DNA of 64,000 nucleotides. It comes from Octopus sinensis. Lineage: Eukaryota. Made by a program: the position numbers and the translations under genes. Positions 1 through 12,048 of the stretch are shown here, in pieces (the first letter of the stretch is position 1; every line of letters begins with the position of its first letter). The notes beneath the pieces were generated by a model. The model worked only from the letters and a program-made list of their open reading frames with translations, was not told where the DNA came from and did no database searches. The stretch lies in assembly GCF_006345805.1 (NCBI RefSeq), contig NC_043022.1, positions 21,080,001 through 21,144,000 on the forward strand, written 5' to 3'.

Positions 1-190
1 GACAAACAAGGACAGACATAGGTATTAAGTCGATGACATCGACCCCAGTTTGAAACTGGTACTTTATTTAACGACCCCGAAAGGATGACAGGCAAAGTTG
101 ACCTCGGCAGAATTTGAACTCAGAATGTAATGGCAGACGAAATACCGCTAAGCATTTCGCCCGGTGCGCTAACGTTTCTGCCAGCTTGCC
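1..190 (-). mobile_element. tRNA-derived SINE family C (Nin-domain-like), truncated by the window edge
   Basis: Body motif gcctttcatcctttcggggtcg..aagtaccag; A box and gagttcaaattc B box. Further copies near 6300-6710, 8920-9300, 21530-21890, 50160-50390 and 52445-52890. Confidence 0.85.
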
Positions 191-259
191 GATGTTGTTC
201 GATGATGATGCTGGTGATGCCATCAAGATTTTACTGATATTTTCTTCTTTCTGTTGCAG

Positions 260-518
260 ATTGCTCTCAGATCCGGCTCGCTGGGTCTATGTTTTGGCCT
301 TGGCGTTTTACTCAGTATTGCCGACACGACGCTGGTGTATTTTGGTTGGTACGTTATGGTACTAAGCTTTTTCCACTGGTCTGAGTATTTCATGACAGCT
401 GTTACGAATCCGCGTAGTCTCTCCTTGGAATCTTTTCTTCTTGACCATAGCCGGGAATACAAGCTGGCTGTGGTCAGTAGCTGGATAGAATATACTCTGG
501 AATGGGTTCTCTTTCCAG
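260..518 (+). CDS. ICMT: Isoprenylcysteine carboxyl methyltransferase, internal exon (IALRSGSLG...EWVLFP-G); first exon is upstream of the window
   Basis: Acceptor ttgcag ends at 259, donor gtaagt at 519; 259 nt, phase 0 to 1. Peptide FGWY..LSFFHWSEYFMTAVTNPRSLSLESFLLDHSREY matches the ICMT family. Confidence 0.96.
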
Positions 519-819
519 GTAAGTTCCTTTTACTCTTTAGATTACTTTAAGATTGTTTTGCTGCATAATGTTTGTTTATTCTTCTATTTGTTTCAGTCAG
601 TTGTCTGTGGCCATGCTGGAGCATTGCCTTGAAGGGTTTTTAGTCAAACAAATTGCTCCCAGAATTTTTTCGTTTTTTTTTAAAGCCTACTTCTTATTCT
701 ATTGGTCTCTTTTGCTGAGCAGCTAAGTTACAGACATAAACACACCAACACTGGTTGTCAAGCAGAGATGGAAGGACAAACAAAGACACACACACATATA
801 TGTATGTATATATATATAT

Positions 820-1112
820 CACTCTGATCACCGTGACCGACCAGGCTATCAGATGTTGCTACACATCGCTGGTCACAATGTGCTTTGCATTGTTTTAGCC
901 TTCAAATGATACAACCCTGATGGCTAAGCGAGCAGGCCAACAGAAGAAAGAGTGAGAGAAAGTTGTGGCGAAAGAGTACAGCAGGGATCGCCACCAACCC
1001 CTGCTGGAGCCTCGTGAAGCTTTTAGGTGTTTTCGCTCAATAAACACTCACAACGCTCGGTCTGGGAATTGAAACCACGAGTCGACTGCCCTAACCACTG
1101 GGCTATTGCGCC
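820..1112 (-). mobile_element. tRNA-derived SINE family D
   Basis: Head ggcgcaatagcccagtggttagggcag...ggtttcaattccc; body gagtgtttattgagcgaaaacacctaaa shared with 32530-32912 and 44452-44830. Confidence 0.85.
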
Positions 1113-1212
1113 TTCACATGTATATATATATATATGCCAGTGCCGCCTTGACTGGCGTCCGTGCTGGTAACACCAACCGATTGTGGCCGTTTGCCAGCCT
1201 CCTCTGGCCCCT

Positions 1213-1785
1213 GGTATTTTTCAATGTTGTTGTTATTATTATTATTGTTCGGTTCACTGCCTGGAATTGAACTCGGAATCTTGGGGTTAGTAGCCCGCAC
1301 TCTTAACCACTACGCCACAGGCATATGGCGTAGTGGTTAAGAGCACGAGCTACTCACCCCCAAGATTCCGAGTTCAATTCCAGGCAGTGAGCCGAATAAT
1401 AATAATAATAATAATAACAACATCGAAAAATACCTTAGGAATGAGAACCCAGGTTATTATTATTATTATTATCATCATCATCATCATAGTTATTCAGGTC
1501 ACTGCTTGGAATCTTGGGGTTTGTAGCCTGCATTCTTAACCACTATGCCACAGGCATATGGTGTAGCGGTTAAGAGCACAGGCTACTAACTCCAAGATTC
1601 CAAGTTCGATTCCAGGAAATGACCTGAATAATAATAATAACATCGAAAAATACCTTAGGAATGAGAACCCAGGTTCGAAATTTCCCCAAGACACCTGATG
1701 AAGGCTGGAGGGTATATCAACCAAAACGTTGTGTTAACAACATACAAGATGAGGACAAATATCCGTCAAATGTAAATAATGTATA
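1213..1785. mobile_element. tRNA-headed SINE family E cluster in (-)(+)(-)(+) arrangement; the last copy has a hammerhead-like tail
   Basis: A box tggcgtagtgg, B box gttcaattcc, (AAT)n spacer. The junction ccacag|gcatatgg occurs twice. The tail is shared with 33420-33765. Confidence 0.8.
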
Positions 1786-1937
1786 TAAATTGTTATACTG
1801 AAATGGAAACCTAAAATATTAAGCCACGGTTAGTTCACATTACTCTGTAAAGTGTATAGGGCCGTGACCATTTCATGCCAGTAGACATGATCTTGTGCTA
1901 CCTCCACTAACATTATTGTAATTATTTCTTGTTACAG

Positions 1938-2155
1938 AGATGAAGCTGTTAAGGTGGTTTTGTTATGTTGGCCTAGTAATGGTGATCGGAGGCGAAATCC
2001 TCCGTAAGTGCAGTATGTATACAGCTCGCTCCAATTTTAACCATTACATCCAGTATATTAAGCAAGATGGACACACACTTGTCACTCGAGGAGTCTACTC
2101 GTTGTTTCGCCATCCAGCTTATGTTGGCTGGTTTTACTGGAGTATTGGAACGCAG
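1938..2155 (+). CDS. ICMT: ICMT internal exon (E-MKLLRWF...RHPAYVGWFYWSIGTQ)
   Basis: Acceptor ttacag ends at 1937, donor gtaaga at 2156; 218 nt, continues the frame (G|AG=E). Contains the SNFNH and RHPxYVGWFYW ICMT motifs. Confidence 0.97.
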
Positions 2156-2419
2156 GTAAGAATTAATTATTAATTACTCTGTGTAACATGGTTTTTTGTC
2201 CTTGGGTGGCAACAGTTATTCCCTATTTGCTGACCCCTAGAAAGTATGAAATATGGTTAATATTTCCTTCAAACTTGTTCATGATTAGAGATGTGCATAT
2301 TGTCAGCTACTAGGGGACATTACTCAAGTGGTTAAGTTCAAACAACTGACAAGCAAATCTGTGGTATTGAGCAGAATATTTGCTATGACAATATTTGTGC
2401 TTCAGCAACTTATTGCTGA

Positions 2420-2952
2420 ATCTGTTTGAAATGATCTTGGAGTACGGGATTCAAGCCTCTTCTCCTTATCTCCTCAAAGACATACATCATCTCGAAAGAG
2501 TCCAGAAGCTGGCTACCCGCATGGTTCTTGGTCTCAAGCATTTGTCTTATGAAGAAAGGCTGAAGACGCTCGACCTTTATTCTCTCGAAAAACGCCGCAG
2601 CCGTGGTGATCTCAATCTTGCTCACAACATCATAAGCGGAAAGTGTAATCTTTCGAATGAGCTGTTCTTCACTCCTGCTCCAGAGCGTGGGCTGCGGGGT
2701 CACTCCGAAAAGCACTATCTACGACGAGTTCATCTCAATTGAAGGAGAGGGGCTTTCTCCATCCGGGTTGCAGATCCGTGGAATAAGCTGCCAGACGAGA
2801 TAGTGAAGATGCCGATGACCGCTCGGTTCAAAGTCTCTCTTGACCAGAAATGGCCTGAACTCTTTGTATGAACACCCACCCTAACCCTAACTCCCTGTCC
2901 CCCTACATGGCCTTGCTTTTGCTTTTTGAGCCAATAAAAATTGAATTGAATT
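2420..2952 (+). mobile_element. CR1-clade LINE 3' fragment
   Basis: LERVQKLATRMV.GLKHLSYEERLKTLDLYSLEKRR.RGDL and RV..PWNKLP motifs; (TTGAA)n tail. A second copy on - at about 46745-47090. Confidence 0.88.
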
Positions 2953-3292
2953 GAAAAAAAAAATGGAAATGGAAAATAAGTCAGTTTGATAACGTTGAGG
3001 TTTGGGTCAGAAAAGCAAAGTTTGAAGAGAATGGCAGTCATTTCCTTTGATTTTGAGACAGAAGCAAATAGGAAATAACACACACTGACCAAAGACAACA
3101 AGCGAATCTGTGGTATTGAGCAGAATATTTGTATAATGATATTTCTGCTTCAGCATCTCGGCACTAAATATGTCTGAAATGTAATGGGAAACAGGTCAGT
3201 TTGAAAACATTGACATCTCGGTTAGAAAAGCAAAGTTTGACAGGAACTGTACTCATTTCCTTTGGTTTCTTGATAGAAACATATATTCTTTT

Positions 3293-3657
3293 CTTTTACT
3301 TGTTTCAGTCATTTGACTGTGGCCATGCTGGAGTACTGCCTTTAGTTGAGCAAATTGACCCCAGGACTTATTCTTTGTAATCCTAGTACTGATTCTATCA
3401 GTCTCTTTTGCCGAACTGCTAAGTTACGGGGACATAAACACACCAGCATCGGTTGTCAAGCAATGTTGCAGGGGACAAACACACGCACACACACGTTGGG
3501 CTTCTTTCAGTTTCCGTCTATCAAATCCACTCACAAGGCTTTGGTCAGCCCGAGGCTTTCGTAGAAGACACTTGCCCAAGGTGTCATACAGTGGGACTGG
3601 CCCCGGAACCATGTCGTTGGGAAGCAAGCTTGATACCACACAGCCACTACTACACCT
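3293..3657 (-). mobile_element. tRNA-derived SINE family A (CORE-like caccttgggcaagtg), the most abundant family
   Basis: Near-full copies also at 18072-18476(+), 18770-19172(+), 37706-38114(-), 40190-40582(-), 41066-41432(+), 45108-45512(-), 47162-47542(-), 53258-53659(-), 54222-54600(-), 58900-59240(-), 61610-62055(+) and 62757-63175(+). Each has an internal (TA)n(TG)n tract. Confidence 0.88.
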
Positions 3658-3860
3658 ATATATAGGAAATAATACTTATTGACCAAAGACAAAAAAAAAA
3701 ATTGAAATTTCGTCACCCAGTGTTATACAAAACGTAAGCACACAGGTCTGTCCTAAGCTTAAGATTCATAACGCCAGCTTCTTGGATTCTTTGGCACAAC
3801 TGTTCCCCTCTGTATGTAGATTTATGTTATGTTTTACTTTTTATTTTTATTAATTTTTAA

Positions 3861-4413
3861 CCCTTTCGTTACTGTATTTATTTTGAAATGCTCTGTGTTT
3901 CTTTCAATTACTTCAGATATAACAAAGAATTTAGTAAAATAACTTAGCTATCATTAAGCTAGTGTTAGGCACATAATTTGTGACTAAGGTTTGGTGGAAG
4001 ATTTTAATTCAAAACTTATCAAAACAGGACATTTGTTACCATATTTCTGTTGAAATGCTCTGTTTCTTTCAATTAATTTTAAATATAACAAAGAATTTAG
4101 TAAAATAACTTAGTTATCATTAAGCTAGTGTAAGGAATATAAACTGTGACTAAGGTTTGGTGGAAGATTTTAATTCAAAACTTATCAAAATAAGACATTT
4201 GTTACCATATTTCTGTTGAAATGCTCTGTGTTTCTTTCAATTACTTCAAATATAACGAAGAATTTAGTAAAATAACTTAGTTATCATTAAGCTAGTGTAA
4301 GGAACATAAACTGTGACTAAGGTTTGGTGAAAGATTTTAATTCAAAACTCCTGAAAACAAGACATTTGTACTCAGAGCCAGAGCTGGTTTCAGCCAGGTT
4401 GGTAACGAAAGGG
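3861..4413. mobile_element. piggyBac-type MITE with internal triplication
   Basis: TTAA at 3857-3860 and 4414-4417; perfect 12-bp TIR ccctttcgttac/gtaacgaaaggg; about 167-bp unit starting at 3884, 4051 and 4217. Confidence 0.85.
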
Positions 4414-4488
4414 TTAAAACAGAAATTCTGAAATAATTTTGTTTACTTATATATTTATTTATTTATTTTACTTTTCTATTTTTTTAAG

Positions 4489-4671
4489 CTGATCTTATGT
4501 AACCCATTTTGTCTTGTCGGCTTCACAATTGTTTCCTGGCGCTTCTTTCAAGAACGGATACATGAAGAAGAGATTTATTTATTAAACTTCTTTGGGGAAG
4601 AATACTTTAACTACCAAAAGAAAGTTGGAACAGGTCTTCCATTCATCAATGGTTACCGAAGAGAACTTTAA
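4489..4671 (+). CDS. ICMT: ICMT last coding exon (LILCNPFCLVGF...EEEIYLLNFFGEEY...GLPFINGYRREL*)
   Basis: Polypyrimidine acceptor tttttaag ends at 4488; 60 codons plus TAA at 4669-4671. Carries the EEE..L..FFGEEY..Y..KV.TGLPFI C-terminal motif. AATAAA follows near 4704. Confidence 0.96.
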   Translation: MILCNPFCLVGFTIVSWRFFQERIHEEEIYLLNFFGEEYFNYQKKVGTGLPFINGYRREL

Positions 4672-7138
4672 AAAATCTGAACTGGAATTTCTCGTAAGTG
4701 AAATAAAAATAAAAATATGGAATTATGAAATTGTAACACTTACAAATGGGCAAGAAAAAAAAATACTAACAAAACAAAACAAAAAAAAAAAGGGGGGATG
4801 ATTGCATCCAAATTTTTTTTTTCTTTCTCCGGGTTAATTCGCGCAACTCAACTGACAACTGCTAATTCTTGGACCAAGCTGCTTATTTCAACTATTTTGC
4901 AATTTAAATTCGAAGAAGTGTTCATGTGATGTTGTTAATCATGAAAAAGAAAACAAACTGTAATTACATTACAGTCCATAGTGAAATGGTTCGAATGGTG
5001 CCTGGTAATTATTCTAACCATTTTTTTAATTAATATTCTGGAAGTAGTCGATAGTTACAACTCTATGGCATGTGTAGAACTGTAAGTTTTCTTCTTCGAG
5101 ATTATTCTAGTGTAAATAATTAGCGATCTTTCCAAATTGGAATTTTTTTGAAATGAACGTTGCTGAAGAATCCTTACTGTGGCAAGATAAGATTTAATTT
5201 CATTTTGTGTACCATACCCTCCTGGGGTTTGAGATGTTCTGGCACAGCCGTTTTGGTGGCACCGTTGATTCAACACAGGGACTTTATTTGACATGAGGCA
5301 TTTTTAAAGTTTCTTTCATCCGAATGTTTCCTTCATTTTTAATCTTTCTTTCCTTCCATCTACCCCTTTCTCCCTCTTTTTCTTTCTATCTGCATGTTTA
5401 TATTTCTGCATATGCATGCATACGTGCATGTATGCATGTGTGTGTGTGTGTATTTGCCTCCAGCGCCTAAAATTCCTGTTGCCAAGACAGACTGAATGTC
5501 CACTCAGCTATGTTGTCGAATCATCTGTGCATGAATGGCTGTGCCGTATCACCTCACTCTGATTCTCCTGTGTTTAAGCACATATATATGTTCATGTGTG
5601 TGTATATATACATACATACATATATATATATAAACACACATATATATATATATTTGTTTGTGTGTATATATAAATATCATCATCAAAAGCAGCCACTTCA
5701 CTCTCGGAGTGGTTGGCGTTAGGAAGAGCATCCAGCTGTAGAAACTCTGCCCCATCAGATTGGAGTCTGGTGCAGCCATCTGGTTCGCCAGACCTCAGAC
5801 AAATTGTCCAACCCATGCTAGCATGGAAAGCGGACATTAAATGACGATGATGATGATGATAATATATGTTTGTGTGTGTATATATATATATAAATGTATA
5901 TTTATATATACACATGTTCATGTGTGTGTATACATACACACACACACACATATATATCTCACACATATGTATACACACACACATCTCACACCCATATGTA
6001 TATACACACACATTCACGCACATGTACACACTTGGTTTAATCTTCATCCAAGAACATACGCTTCTACCGAACATTTATTTACATGAACAGCAGCAAAGTT
6101 TTGTTGTCCTGGAGAGCCTCCAGAATCAAATGTATTGGTTTTATAGGTCATCACTAAAATTATGCTTACATTCAGTATTCATTTCTTGGCCACATAAATG
6201 CCTCTAAAACCCCTTATATTGTTTGACAATTTTAACTGTGAAATCTCGTCATGAACTACAGTTATAACGAACCGGCAATAATGATATTGCACTGATTGTT
6301 AAGGTGGTGTGCTGGCTGAATCATTAGCAGCATTTCATCCACCTTTTATGTTCTGTGTTCAAATTCTGCCGAGGTCAACTTTGCCTTTCATCCTTTCAGG
6401 GGTTGATAAAATAAGTACCTATTTCTTTACTACCCACAAGGGGCTAAACACAGAGAGGACGAACAAGGACAGGCAAACGGATTAAGTCGATTATATCGAC
6501 CCCAGTGCGTAACTGGTACTTATTTAATCGACTCCTGAAAGGATGAAAGGCAAAGTCGACCTCGGCGGAATTTGAACTCAGAACGTAGCGGCAGACAAAA
6601 TACCGCTAAGCATTTCGCCTGGCGTGCTAACGATTCTGCCATCTCGCTGCCTTAAAGGTTGATAAAATAAGTACCAGCTGAGTACTGGGGTTGATGTAAT
6701 CGACTTACCCCCTTCCCTGAACTTGCTGGCCTAGTGCCAAAATTTGAAATCAGTATTACACTAATCACAAAACATTACTTTTCAGGACTGTTTTGTGGAC
6801 AGAATATACATGGAGTGGCAAATATTTTAGCTGCTTCGTCTTACCTGTACTTACCTGTATGGGCGGGCAGAAAACTTGAGAATTACCTGAAATATAAAAC
6901 ATGGAATGGATCGAATCTCGGTAATCGTTAAAACCGACTCTATGGATAAAACCAGTGTTGCCATCACAATGTCTCTTGGCATTTTTCACTAAATTTGACT
7001 GTGAACAATATTTACTCATTCTCTCTAATATGAAGAAATTTCCCCCCATTCTATGTTAGCAATATGTATCATATACATTTCTTTACTATCCACAAGGGGC
7101 TAAACATGTGTATCATATAAGAGATATTTTGAGAGACG

Positions 7139-8230
7139 TGTTGCAGTGTCCATGTCTCTACCCACAAGACGATTGAGACAACAGCAATAGCTAATTTGAA
7201 AATGATATAGCTAAATCTATCAGACTAATGTAATCAACAACCAATCATTGAAATAGATTTAAGTATCTCTTATTTTATATAAGTAGTATTACTGGCCTTG
7301 TGGCCCAGTGGATAAGGGGGGTTGGTTACAAACAAAACAGTGGTGTAGATGGAGGTTTCAGTCTCAGGTAGGGACTGTGATAGGATCTTATTTTGTTTTA
7401 TTTTTTCTGTAAATAGAGAAAAAAAAACTTGAATACTTTTACAAGGATTGAACCTTTGGTAAAGAGGTTTGTGAGTTGCTGTGTCCATGTCTTTACCCAC
7501 AAGACCATTGAGACAACAGCAATAACTAGTGTGATTTTAATATATTTAAACCTATCAGACTAATGTAATCAACAACTAATCATTAAAATAGATTTAAGTA
7601 TCTCATTTTTGGTATAAGTAGTATTACTGGCCTTATGGCCCAGTGGATAAGGGGGGGGTTGGTCACAAACAATGCAGTGGGGGTAGATGGAGGTTCCAGT
7701 TTCAGGTAGGGACTGTGATAGGATTTTATTTTGTTTTATTTTTTCTGTAAATGGAAAAAAAAAAATTTGAATACTTTTACAAAGATTGAACCTTTATCCA
7801 AGGGGTATATGTGTGATGCTGTGTCCAAGTCTTTACCCACAAGACCATTGAGACAACAGCAATTACTCATGTGAAAATAATCTATTTAAACCTATCAGAC
7901 TAATGTAATCAATAACCAGTCATTAGAATAAATTTGAATATATCATATGTTGTGTAAGTAGTATTACTAGCTTTGCGGATAAGGGTGGTTGGTGATAGAC
8001 AAAACTGTGGGGTAGATGGGGGTTTCGGGTAGGGATTGTGATATGATCATACTTACTTTTTATTTTTCTCTAGAGATGTGTAGAGGGGGAAGAAAGAAAA
8101 AACCACAATCAGTATAGGCCATGGGCCAAGATTGATCCTTTGTCCAAGGGGTATATGTGTTGCTATGTCTTTATTCACAGGACCATTGGGGCAATAGCTA
8201 GTTTGAAAATGATATATTTAAATCTTATAT
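7139..8230. repeat. Tandem array of about 335-340-bp units (3 full plus 1 partial), progressively diverged
   Basis: The motif gtgtcc..gtctttacccacaagacc attgagacaacagc recurs near 7147, 7481, 7823 and, degenerate, 8163. Confidence 0.85.
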
Positions 8231-8504
8231 AGCTATTTGATGTGGTGGTGTTCATGGTTTTTTGTGACTTTAGTAATATTTGAGGAGAGAATGTGAAATG
8301 CTCCAGATCACAACATGCTACCTGATTCAGGAATTGATCTCACAGCCTTAATGATTATAAGCTGAACACCCTAACCACAAGGCCATGCACTTTCATGGCA
8401 AAGTCAGTAGAGTGATGGGTTGGTTTCTATTTATATCCTGGGTTCAAGTCCTGACTTAGCTTAGCTTAGCTTTTCATTCTTCTGGGGTCAATAAAATAAA
8501 ATAT

Positions 8505-8810
8505 GAGCTGTGACTGATGAGGACATGCATAAGCTCACAAGGAATGAATCCAGTATGATCCGACGGATGTGTTATGTCAGCGTGCATACTCGACAGAGTG
8601 TAAGTACCTTGAGAGAAAGGTTGGACCTAAGAAGCATCAGATGTTGTGTGCAAGAGAGACGACTGCGCTAGTATGGTCATGTGGCGAGAATGGATGAGGT
8701 AGATCCACGAAGACCTGGGATGAAGTGGTGAAGCATGACCTTTGAACATTAGGCCTCACCGAGGCAATGACTAGTGACCGAGACTTCTGGAAACATGCTG
8801 TGCTTGAGAC
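8505..8810 (+). mobile_element. RTE-type LINE 3' coding fragment with internal deletion
   Basis: Matches 23510-23870 (cgacagagtg..gagagaaag, gaagacctgggatgaagtggtgaagcatgacc). Confidence 0.8.
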
Positions 8811-9953
8811 CGTAACCTGGTGGCTTATGCCAACTGAAAGATAAATTATTTAATATGGTAATTGAGTTAGGATAACAAGATGGTAGAATTGTTAGTATGC
8901 GAGGTAAAGTGCTTAGTGGCATTTTGAGATCAAATTCTGCTGAGGTTAACTTTGCCTTTCATCCTTTCGGGGTTGATAAAATAAGTACCAGTTGAACGCT
9001 GGGGTTGATGCAATTGACTAACTCCTCCCCCAGAATTGCTAGCCTTGTGCCGAAATTTGAAACCATAATTTATAGCTTCAACGGCAGCATGCTGGCAGAA
9101 TCGTTAGCACACTGGGCAAAATTCTTGGCCGTATTTTGTCTGTCTTAAGTTCTGAGTTCAAATTCTGCCATGGTCAACTTCGCTGTTTGTCATATTGGGG
9201 TTGGTAAGATAAGTACCAGTTGAACACGGCAGGAGGTGGAGGGTTATCTCCACCCCTGAATTTGCTGGCCTTGTGCCAAAATTTGAAACCGATATGATAA
9301 CTGTGTTTGATAGAAAGATTTAAAGGAATAACGATTACAATATGAAATAGTTCTTACCATGCAAAGTGACACAACTGGAATCATTCCAAATGTGATGAGC
9401 CCCATGCAGGGCCGCAGTTTCCATTGTACATTTATAAAGTTTTTAAAAGATATGTACGTTAGAATATTTTGTAAATCTAGAGTACACTTTAAAGTATGAC
9501 CAGTGGGCCATGAAGATGTGGGTTCTAAACTCATGCAGAGACAGCTTATTTTCTTTATAATATACATACACACACACACATATATATATAGACCTTCGAA
9601 ACGTGGAGTAGATGAAATTAAGGCAACTGAAGAAGGGGAATTTTCCTTGTTTTGTATGTCCTGTACTCTATTTTTTCGTTGTTTAAAAAAATGTCCATTT
9701 CCTTGGTTTTGTGTTTATGTTTTCGTTTCTCATTGTGTTCGACGTTTTTTTGGTGTCCTGTACCTATATATGCATGTATATATACATGTAGAGGTAGGTA
9801 CGTACATATATGTATGTATATATGTTTTATTTATTGTTAATTTACATATATATATATACATATATGTGTGTGTGTGTACACACATACACATAAATATACA
9901 CGTATATGCATATCTATAAATAATATATGTATATATACATGTATGTGTATATA

Positions 9954-11197
9954 CAGGGGTTGGTCAAAATAATGGAAACACCTTAAAATTTCAAACAAAT
10001 ATATTTTAATATGGGGTAGGATTACCTTTTGCAGTAATTACAGCTTGAATTCTATGAGGTATGGACTCTCACAAATTCCAAAGGAATTTTTGTCCATTCT
10101 TCAGCTAAAACAGTCTCCAGTTATTGTAGTGATGATGGTGGAGGATATCGACTCCTTTACTGTTTTTCTAAAATGCACCATAAATGGTCAATAATATTGA
10201 GATCTGGGGAATGTGGTGGCCAGATAAGATGTTCAACTTCGCTAGACTGTTCCTCGTGCCATTCGGTAACAACTTTAGCTGTGTGAATTGGTGTATTATC
10301 ATCCTGAAAAATTGCATTTCTCTCCGGAAACAGTTCTGCAACCATAGGATGAGTTTGATTTGATAGGATGCTTAAATAGTCTTGACTATTAATTCTGCCA
10401 TGAAGGGAAACCATTGGGCTGGTGGATTTCCAAGATATAACCCCCAGATCTTCCTCTATGTTTAACAGTTGGAAGAAGGCAGTCTGGGTCAAATGCTTCC
10501 TTTGGCTGTCTCCACTTGTATACTTGACCGTTGGTTAGAATTAAGGTAAAAGATGACTCGTCCAAGAAAATAACATTCTTCCACTGCTCTAGGGACCAAT
10601 TCTGTAGGTTCTTACTCCACTCTAAATGCTTTGCAATGTTTGTTTTTGAAAGTAGTGGTTTTCTGATTGCAGCCCTCCTGTGAAATCCGGCTTTGTGCAG
10701 ATCGCAGTGAACAGTTTTTTGTGGAAATTCGGTTCTTGAGGTGGTCATTAAGCTCTGCAGTAATTCTGGGAGTCGTACTTTTGTGATCCTTTCTAATAAT
10801 TTGCGTAAGAGTTCGATGGTCCCTATCTGAAGGTTTTAGTTTTCTTCCTGAGTTTTGTTTCGATGAGGAGGTTTTTCCCTCTTTCTCAAAGGCTGTCATT
10901 ATTTTCGAGACAGTACTTCTTGATATACCAAACATTTTGGCTGTTTTTGTTACGCTAGCGCCGGCCAAACAAGCCCCAACAATTTGACCTCTTTGAAAGT
11001 CCGACAGATCTGTCGTTTTAATGAATTTTAATTACCTTTTTCTGAATATATCTGAAAAGAAACAGCAATTTTAGCAAAACAAATTAAGCAACACTAACAA
11101 TAGATCAAAAGACATAAAAATAAACAAGCTTTTGACAGTTTTATAGATATTTCAAAATTATTATGCTAGGTGTTTCCTTTATTTTGTCCAACCCCTG
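9954..11197 (-). mobile_element. Tc1/mariner transposon with decayed transposase
   Basis: TIRs caggggttggtcaaaataa..gaaacacct and aggtgtttcctttattttgtccaacccctg; TA at the left end. Paired-like DLSDFQRGQIVGA..AGAS N-terminus and FxDES, QDDN and SPDLNII motifs are spread over three frames; start codon is ACG. Confidence 0.93.
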
Positions 11198-11560
11198 TGT
11201 GTATATATATGTATGTATATATATATGCAATGATTTTTGGTAAGCAGTTTCAATTTTTATAATCCTCTAAATAACATTTATTCTATAAGTGTTAAAACTT
11301 ATAGGTGATCACTGTGTAATGACTAAAAAAAAAGCAGTCTAATAGGGGGCTTATATGCCCCAATATTTTCTTTAGTCATTACAGTGACCACTTATAAAAT
11401 ATTATTATATATATATATGTGTGTGTGTATGTGTGTGTATCAAATTAGATACACAACCAAAAGTGCTATTAATAGTTTTATGCTTTTATGATACTTGAAC
11501 AGTAATCTTTCAGGCTCTATTTATGCGATGTGTATATATATATATATGTAACAGTGTATA

Positions 11561-11604
<44 letters not shown>

Positions 11605-11607
11605 ACA

Positions 11608-11657
<50 letters not shown>

Positions 11658-12011
11658 TACAGTGTGTATATATATATATATATACACTGTTACAACTGTG
11701 GTGGTGTTGTTGGTAAAACATGTTCTTTGTCTATCTCCTCATCCTCTTGGAGATTTTGGGTAAAATTATACTAATGTGTCCTAATTTAATTAAATTCTAG
11801 GTCTTTGTCCAGCTGAAGATTGCTCCACATTTTAAGTTGATGTAATGAAATGATTACATTGTTCAATGAAATGGAGTTGCATGAAACGATCGTACTGCAT
11901 TACTTCTGACTTCCATGTAACACAGAAGTCAATGGTAAAACAAAACATGTTACGATAAGATTTTCAGGAGCACAACTTTCAGAGGAAACCTGTACACACA
12001 TACATACATAC

Positions 12012-12041
<30 letters not shown>

Positions 12042-12048
<7 letters not shown>

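Noticed and set aside
1320-1395. Functional tRNA genes at SINE heads (also 32535-32590, 44457-44515, 7294-7370)
   Set aside because: A and B boxes are present, but acceptor stems do not close and the heads run into repeat bodies.
7478-7525. H/ACA snoRNA in the conserved hairpin of the 340-bp repeat
   Set aside because: No ANANNA or terminal ACA box at the required distance in any copy.
10157-10260. Tc1 transposase with an apparent DD34D triad (NIIDHLW)
   Set aside because: A single GAG/GAA to GAC change in a copy that has also lost its ATG and has several frameshifts; decay is the simplest explanation.
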